DNA of 64,000 bases from Roseibacillus sp. (GTDB lineage Bacteria; Verrucomicrobiota; Verrucomicrobiia; Verrucomicrobiales; Akkermansiaceae): assembly GCA_051251855.1 (NCBI GenBank), contig JBPOGI010000005.1, positions 1-64,000 on the forward strand. The letters run 5' to 3'. Of this stretch, positions 59,301-64,000 are shown one piece after another. A program made the position numbers and the translations under genes. Below the pieces are notes generated by a model. It was not told the DNA's origin. It searched no databases and saw only the letters and a program-made list of their open reading frames with translations. Each line of letters opens with the position of its first letter. The stretch's first letter is position 1.

Positions 59301-60330
59301 CTCCGCTGCTCGCCAATCGAGTGAGAACAAGCTCTGCTTGAATGAGGAAGTCTGAGCTACCTGCAGTTTGATTGAGACCGTGAATCGCGAGGAGGTTATC
59401 GCCTCCGTTGAAAGACGCATTCCCAAGGTCAATCGGGAAGTTGGTGAGTTCCTCATTGAGCTCTTCGATTCGAATACCGTCGGAGGCGGAGTCCCACGAG
59501 AGGTTTGCGGGTTTGCGGTGCTCCGCGATTTCATCGCCGTTTAGATAGGCGACAAAGCCGTCATCCCAACGCATGCGCAGTGAGGCAGAGGTGACTTCGC
59601 TGGGGTTGGCTATGCTGAAGGGAATGCGAAAGAAGGCGGACGCGTTTTGATTATGCATTAGGGCTTCGATATCACCTCCGGTGCTGAGCCATGAGCCGTA
59701 GGGAACGCCGCCGGTATTGGTTTCGTATCCCGCTCCGAAGGTGACCGCCTGCCAACGGTTTCCAGTGAAGCTACCATTGAGGCTGGTATTCCATCCGCTG
59801 AATTGGGAGTTAAAGTTTGCTAGCGAGGTGGGTACGCCTGCGCGACCTGAGGCGTTGAGCGGGACGGCGGTTTCCTCCGAAATACCCTGTTGAGGACCGA
59901 ACGAGACATCGGGAGCTTGGGGTGGAAAGCTGGGTGCGAACTCAGTAGCGGCGATGCTCCCACCTGGTTCGAACAAGGCGAGATACTCACCCCCTTTGCT
60001 GAGTGAAAAATTGGTGTGCAAAGGGAGCCCGGGAACGGAGCGGTCTTTGTTCGAAGCAAAGACAACCAAGAATTCGCCCGGCGCCATGGTGACCGCAGGG
60101 AAGATCCACTTTTGTGAGTTGTCCGCCTTGTCGGTCAGACTCCAACCATCGAGATCGACGAGGGCACTTCCCGTGTTGTGCAATTCAATCCAGTCTTTTC
60201 GATCTCCGTTTTCGTCTTCGATACCGGAGTCATTGGAGGCCAAAAACTCAGTAATCACGACCTGACCTGGGCTCAGGGCCGAGAGACCAAACAGGATGGT
60301 GAAAAGGGTGCGGGTGAGGCGGCTGCACAT
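56395..60330 (-). CDS. Lamin-tail domain + CotH kinase family secreted protein
   Basis: VITEFLASN/DWIELHN LTD; PKKSY...DKSKVRN...KNYYLY...WDVD CotH motifs; further LTDs and C-terminal DxDGDG domain. Confidence 0.9.
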   Translation of the reverse strand: MCSRLTRTLFTILFGLSALSPGQVVITEFLASNDSGIEDENGDRKDWIELHNTGSALVDLDGWSLTDKADNSQKWIFPAVTMAPGEFLVVFASNKDRSVPGLPLHTNFSLSKGGEYLALFEPGGSIAATEFAPSFPPQAPDVSFGPQQGISEETAVPLNASGRAGVPTSLANFNSQFSGWNTSLNGSFTGNRWQAVTFGAGYETNTGGVPYGSWLSTGGDIEALMHNQNASAFFRIPFSIANPSEVTSASLRMRWDDGFVAYLNGDEIAEHRKPANLSWDSASDGIRIEELNEELTNFPIDLGNASFNGGDNLLAIHGLNQTAGSSDFLIQAELVLTRLASSGAHSYFTTPSPGSANGSGSVDLAPLFEEITESAPTQPTGSPTSPNLLVTATVREGTDSVATVTAFYRTMFAAESSLILLDDGIAPDALAADGIYSGEIPTSQISPGEMLRWRFEAVDSSNNARTSPPYNDPLDSDRYYGTVALDPDLTTSNLPVIQLFVENAAAVDTSGGDRISVSYLGEFYDNVQMDLHGQTSLSFPKKSYDLDFNRGNRFTWKEGEIKAKDINLLSNWADKSKVRNTFAYDSYKQVGNPYHYAFPVRVERNGSFFAISDLVEDGDDRFLERLGMDPDGALYKMYDPMQNVNTANKKTRKDEGRQDLQDFFNQMSQSNSTTTRRRNAYDYLDVAGTVNQLVANAIIGVNDTGLKNYYLYRDTEGTEEWRPLPWDVDLSAGHRWGGPSLQYFDDSLQTPLLLDNFNSLWQLIYTTTEFKEMYARRFETLRREFLQPNGTPIAEDWVRKKIIEIEVSTNPPGVVSDSDLDYTAWGSWGDNLASLPYSMRLYNEWLPGHRSAMFSANINGTPIPPTQPSIPNIVIDSIDFLPNSGNQDEEYLIIKNNESSSLDLTGWTLSGAVDYTFPAGTVVLAGSGTIGSNYKGLIHVARSPADFRSRSTGPTGGEFRFVQGPYDGQLSARGEMIVLRNAAGTFVDEYTYPGAPTDAQRYLRISEINYNPANPTPAELLIQPGLEDRDFEFIELMNTGPNTLDLSGASFTLGIDYTFPASTDLAANDRLLLVKNPTAFDIRYGDPGVVVLGPYSGLLENLGETLKLEDPIGENILEFTYLDSWYPNSDGSGSSLVLRDIAADYDEYSNPATWGSSPELNGSPGLVGSGYETHFNGWQAINFSLADQLLGMPGHPDSDVDGDGLTTWDEYALGTNENVPNDFPSCLQFFGTGATQQLGLQTTRRRFTSDVQWQLFAGPSLPNLDATPTPAEENLTVLSSELESVLILDPAFISTTPKQFYQLRISALELP

Positions 60331-60481
60331 TTATGCAATCTGCAGTAGGAGTTCGTTGCTGTCCAATTCCGAATTACCAATATGAACGAGCGTGAGAGTA
60401 GGCGCGTTTCGCACAGGGAGCGAAGCTAAGGAGGATACAGAATGTGTTTTTTCATTTCCCTTCTCGATAAGGCTGCGATCC

Positions 60482-61270
60482 TTAATGTGCGACTTTCCCC
60501 GGTTGCCCCACAAAACGCTGGTAGTTGGCTGCCAGTTTTTCTTTTAACTCATTTTCTGGTGTTTCTAGCAGACGGGCAAGTGGAGGGAGAAAGAGGGGCT
60601 GGTTGGCAGGATGGTTTTGCTTGTTGGGTAGGGGGATGGAGATGAATTCTTGAGGCGGGAGCATGGAGGGGGCGTCTGTTTCGAGAAGCAATCGGTCGGT
60701 GGGGATGATTCGGAAGGTTTCGCGGACGGAGCCTTTGCGGTCGTGTAGGAAGTAGCCGTTGAAGGAGAAGTAGGCTCCGAGTTTGGTGAAGGTGGGAACC
60801 ATTTCGGTGCTGCCGGAATAGGCGTGAAGAAGAATGGGTGGTAGGTCTGGTTCGTCTTCTAACAGTTCTAAGAGGGGTCCCCAGGCTTTCAGGCAATGAA
60901 TGGTGAGAGGGCGTTTGAGTTCGCGGGCGAGATGGATTTGAGCGCGTAGGCAGTCGATTTGGTCGGAGAGGTCGAAGGGTTTTTTCCAGCGGTCGAGCCC
61001 GCATTCCCCGATAGCGGCGTGGCGGTTTTGGAGGAGGAACTCTCGCAATGTTTGGAGCCAGTTCTCTGAGCGGTCTGGCACGTTCCACGGGTGAAGACCA
61101 AAGGAAGGAGTGAGCTGGTCGGGGTGCGTTGCACAGAGTCGGGCGACTTGGGGCCAGTCTTGCTCACTGGTGCCGTTGACGAGCATGTGGGTGACTCCTG
61201 ACTCGGTGGCTTGGTCGAGTATTTTTACCGGATCAGAGAATTGCTGCAGATGGTTGTGAGCATCAATCAC
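60482..61270 (-). CDS. TatD family hydrolase
   Basis: GTG start overlapping the selU stop; IDAHNH, GLHPW, IGECGLD, TIHC, LHAYSG, LETDAP. Confidence 0.9.
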   Translation of the reverse strand: MIDAHNHLQQFSDPVKILDQATESGVTHMLVNGTSEQDWPQVARLCATHPDQLTPSFGLHPWNVPDRSENWLQTLREFLLQNRHAAIGECGLDRWKKPFDLSDQIDCLRAQIHLARELKRPLTIHCLKAWGPLLELLEDEPDLPPILLHAYSGSTEMVPTFTKLGAYFSFNGYFLHDRKGSVRETFRIIPTDRLLLETDAPSMLPPQEFISIPLPNKQNHPANQPLFLPPLARLLETPENELKEKLAANYQRFVGQPGKVAH

Positions 61271-62313
61271 AAGCTGAGGAGGGTTTGAGTCGCTTCTTGA
61301 AAGGAGTGGTCGCTGTGGTCGGCGATTTCGAGAGTCTTCTGCGGGCTCTGGTAGTTGGAGCCTTCGTTGCCGACCGGTCGGTAGCAAAGGTCGTAGTGGT
61401 CGCGAAGGATGGACTGGAGGAAGGCGGGCCAATCTTGGGCAGCGATAAGTTGGTGCCACTGATCGACTTGCTTGTGACCGCGCAAGGAGCGGAGCTTGTC
61501 GAGGAGTTGGCAGAGGTCGTCGGGTTCGTTGAGGAAGCGGGGGTAGTCGTCGAGGAGGAGTTGGGCGCGACTGGGAAGGGGTAGGCAAACTTCAGTGACG
61601 GTGGCGGTGGCGAGCTTCTTCCACAGGGGAGCGGGGAGGCTGCGGGCACCGATGCGGTTGGACTCGGCTTCGACGAAGACGGTTCGCTCAGGGTCAAAGG
61701 CTTGCATCGCTTGGTGGATGGAGCTTTCGAAAAGTTTTTGGGAAGGCTGGGGGCCGACGTTGCCCAAGAGTGAGCCGCGGTGGTTGGCGAGGGCTTCGAG
61801 GTCGAGGACTTGAGCTCCCGATTGTTGGAGGTGGTGAAGGAGACGGGTTTTTCCAGTACCTGTGAATCCGGCGAGGACGTGGAAGTGGGGCAGGGGATCG
61901 GAAAGACGTTTGGTGAGGTCTTGCAGGACGAATTTGCGGTAGCTCTTGTAGCCGCCCTCAAGAACGCGGGCACGCCATCCGATGGAGCGCAGGATGTGGG
62001 TGAAGGAGCGGGAGCGGAGTCCGCCGCGCCAGCAGTAGAGAAGGGGGTGGTGCTTGCTGTCCCAGATTTTCTCTAAGGTGAGCAGGTGGTCTGCTGAATT
62101 AAGGGAGATATAGCGGGCGCCAAGAACACGGCCTGCGAAGGGATTCTCTTTGTAGAGGGTGCCGACCTCGACGCGCTGTTCATTGGTGAGAACGGGAAGA
62201 TTGATAGCGCCGGGAAGATGGTCTTCCTCGAACTCGAGGGGGGTTCTGACATCTATGATGCTGGAGAATTCCTCCAAGGGATGGGGGAGGGAAATGGTTT
62301 CGAGGTCCTGCAT
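61267..62313 (-). CDS. selU: tRNA 2-selenouridine synthase (MnmH/SelU)
   Basis: Rhodanese IDVRTP.EF..DHLPGA, YCWRGGLRS; P-loop GFTGTGKT; DLEALANHRGS. Confidence 0.95.
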   Translation of the reverse strand: MQDLETISLPHPLEEFSSIIDVRTPLEFEEDHLPGAINLPVLTNEQRVEVGTLYKENPFAGRVLGARYISLNSADHLLTLEKIWDSKHHPLLYCWRGGLRSRSFTHILRSIGWRARVLEGGYKSYRKFVLQDLTKRLSDPLPHFHVLAGFTGTGKTRLLHHLQQSGAQVLDLEALANHRGSLLGNVGPQPSQKLFESSIHQAMQAFDPERTVFVEAESNRIGARSLPAPLWKKLATATVTEVCLPLPSRAQLLLDDYPRFLNEPDDLCQLLDKLRSLRGHKQVDQWHQLIAAQDWPAFLQSILRDHYDLCYRPVGNEGSNYQSPQKTLEIADHSDHSFQEATQTLLSL

Positions 62314-62366
62314 CGGGTTGGGAAACTTGTGCCATGGAACGGGAGCGAAGCCAACCTCTCCTCGCT

Positions 62367-62408
62367 AAATAAAGGCACCCGGAGAGTCCGAAGACTCCAC
62401 CGGGTACC
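62367..62408 (-). terminator. Intrinsic terminator after the LysM gene
   Basis: Minus strand GGTACCCGG-TG-GAGTC(TTCG)GACTC-T-CCGGGTGCC followed by TTTATTT. Confidence 0.75.
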
Positions 62409-62446
62409 ATCTCTGCCTTGCCGTTAGAGAGTGTCTAAAAGGTGAA

Positions 62447-63256
62447 TTAAATGCCGGGCACGTAAATCTCTGAGCCTTTGGCTAAGATGGTGGTCGGCTT
62501 GAGGCTCCAGCCATTGAGCTCGTTGAGCTGTTTGGTGGAGGTGCGGTGTCTGCTGGCAAGAGCTCCGAAGGAGATTTCCTTGCTGACCATAACGGAAGAT
62601 ATGGCGGAAGGGACCTCGGTCTTCTTCTCGGCGATGAGGTTAGGCTTGGCCTTGGGCTCAGAAACAGGGGTGCTGAGTGGGGCTGGGGTTGGTTTGGCGG
62701 CCGCCTCAGTTTTTGGTTTGGCTGCCGGAGGAGTCGTTTTGGCGATGACGGGCATGGGCTTGGCTGCCTTGGGCTTTGGAGTAGCCTTGGGTTTAGCAAC
62801 TGTCTTTGGCTTCGGAGTGGCCTTGGGCTTGCTGTTGACAGCTCCCTTGGTCTGAATTTTTTGTCCCACAGACAACTGAGAAGGATTAAGACCGGGGTTG
62901 AGGCTGGTCAACTGAGAGACGGAGAGACCGTGCTTGCGAGCGATGGAGTAAAGAGTCTCTCCAGCTTTCACCGAGTAGTTACCGGTGGTTTTTGAGGGAG
63001 TGGACTTCGCCTTTGGCTTAGAGGAGGTGGTTGGCTTTGCGCTCGAACTACTGACCTTCAAGACTTGGCCAATTTTGAGAAGGTTAGGATTAGAGATTCC
63101 ATTATCTCTCATCAGCTGGCTGGAGGTGGTGCCGTTTTTGCGGGCAATAGATGAAAGGGTGTCACCAGATTGAACCTTGTAGGTGCTGGCGGCTTGGAGG
63201 GATGCTGCCAAGAGGGGCAACAGGGCAAGTTGGAGAAGCTTTGGCAAGGCGTTCAT
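62447..63256 (-). CDS. LysM-repeat peptidoglycan-binding protein with Pro/Lys/Ala-rich linker
   Basis: YKVQSGDTLSSIA, YSVKAGETLYSIA and a third degenerate LysM; signal peptide. Confidence 0.9.
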   Translation of the reverse strand: MNALPKLLQLALLPLLAASLQAASTYKVQSGDTLSSIARKNGTTSSQLMRDNGISNPNLLKIGQVLKVSSSSAKPTTSSKPKAKSTPSKTTGNYSVKAGETLYSIARKHGLSVSQLTSLNPGLNPSQLSVGQKIQTKGAVNSKPKATPKPKTVAKPKATPKPKAAKPMPVIAKTTPPAAKPKTEAAAKPTPAPLSTPVSEPKAKPNLIAEKKTEVPSAISSVMVSKEISFGALASRHRTSTKQLNELNGWSLKPTTILAKGSEIYVPGI

Positions 63257-63544
63257 GACAGAGAAGGTTATGACAAAAGTGCGGCCTTTGGTCAAATTAA
63301 TTTTTAACATTTCCTAACTAATTTCAAAAAGTTTTATGTCCGCGAGGCTCAATGCCTTGTAGGATAGGAATTTCGTTGTTGGATGGCAAAGGGGGCGGAA
63401 GATGCGGAGAGCCCTGCCATTGCTCAATAAAAACAAGGGGGAAAGAGTGTCTTAGCGTGCTCGCGGCGTTGCTAACCCCTCTGAGATCGCCGTTCTAAAG
63501 GTGGTTTCAGTTGAGAATGGAGGATGTCGGGTTACCTTGAATTG

Positions 63545-64000
63545 ATGCTTAAGGCCTATTGTCCTCGTCCTCTCGTTCCTGCTGCTATTTTTATTTTGTT
63601 GGCTGGTGCCGTTTTTTGCAAGGAGCCTAAAAACGCGAATCCAGCACTCACCATTGAAGAGGCAAAGTTCCAAATGGTGCAGCTCTATTTGGCGCAAGAG
63701 AACCCAATGCCCAAGTTGAGAACGAAATATCCCGAACTGAGGGCTGCGGATAAGGCGTCGCTTGCGGCTGGGAGAGAGTTGCGGGAGGCTGCTCAAGCTC
63801 ACCCTCAGCTTAAAGAACGCTTCGAGGCGATTGCTGATTCGGAGGCATCCATCCCTGAGAAGATGAAGCTTTGGCAACCGCTCTTTGCTGAAGCGGAGAA
63901 GATTGCCGACTTGAAGGACTTTCAGAGAAAATATGATCACGCCCGAGTGGGCGCCTTGAAGGCTGAAATGGAAGCGATTCGGAAGGAGGGCTTTGTTGAG
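63545..64000 (+). CDS. Hypothetical secreted helical protein, 3'-truncated by the window edge (not in ORF track)
   Basis: ATG 63545 opens MLKAYCPRPLVPAAIFILLAGAVFCKEP..., with no stop up to 64000. Confidence 0.7.
   Translation, partial: MLKAYCPRPLVPAAIFILLAGAVFCKEPKNANPALTIEEAKFQMVQLYLAQENPMPKLRTKYPELRAADKASLAAGRELREAAQAHPQLKERFEAIADSEASIPEKMKLWQPLFAEAEKIADLKDFQRKYDHARVGALKAEMEAIRKEGFVE

Noticed and set aside
61271..61588. N-terminal extension of the TatD ORF
   Set aside because: Overlaps selU; TatD homology starts at GTG 61270
63452..63940. 162-aa minus-strand ORF
   Set aside because: Shadow of the plus-strand signal-peptide gene starting at 63545
1..64000. CRISPR array, rRNA, IS transposase, tRNA-Sec, selA/selB/selD
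   Set aside because: None recognised by eye; intergenic gaps are short and show no repeat-spacer periodicity

Overview
Bacterial chromosome segment, probably from a marine Verrucomicrobiales-type (PVC) organism. This is inferred from a PEP-CTERM protein, CotH/lamin-tail and DUF1080 proteins, a porphyranase-like GH16 and acuI. The first ~10 kb is the 3' part of a giant repetitive surface protein with a duplicated ~1,000-aa module; one copy has an intact trypsin-like triad and the other has all three catalytic residues replaced. The rest is mostly housekeeping: aroK, sua5/tsaC, tsaB, hflX, hisD, cyoE/SCO, manC, rfbA, tRNA-Val(TAC), a Zn-type ABC uptake operon, NRAMP, two L,D-transpeptidases, TatD and selU. 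Highlights: (1) two likely selenoprotein genes that the ORF track splits or misses, a UxxC thioredoxin lipoprotein and a CxxU SelW/Rdx protein, each with a SECIS-like hairpin sharing an apical CGUG, plus selU in the same window; (2) a three-gene ion-motor cassette (zinc-ribbon MotA/TolQ plus two different ExbD-like coiled-coil partners, only one with the conserved Asp) behind two perfect palindromes; (3) a SMUG1 glycosylase locus with two alternative 5' halves separated by an XRE-HTH gene, broken exactly at the catalytic GMNPG motif; (4) six putatively related small 3-TM proteins. All calls come from reading motifs by eye; no database searches were run.
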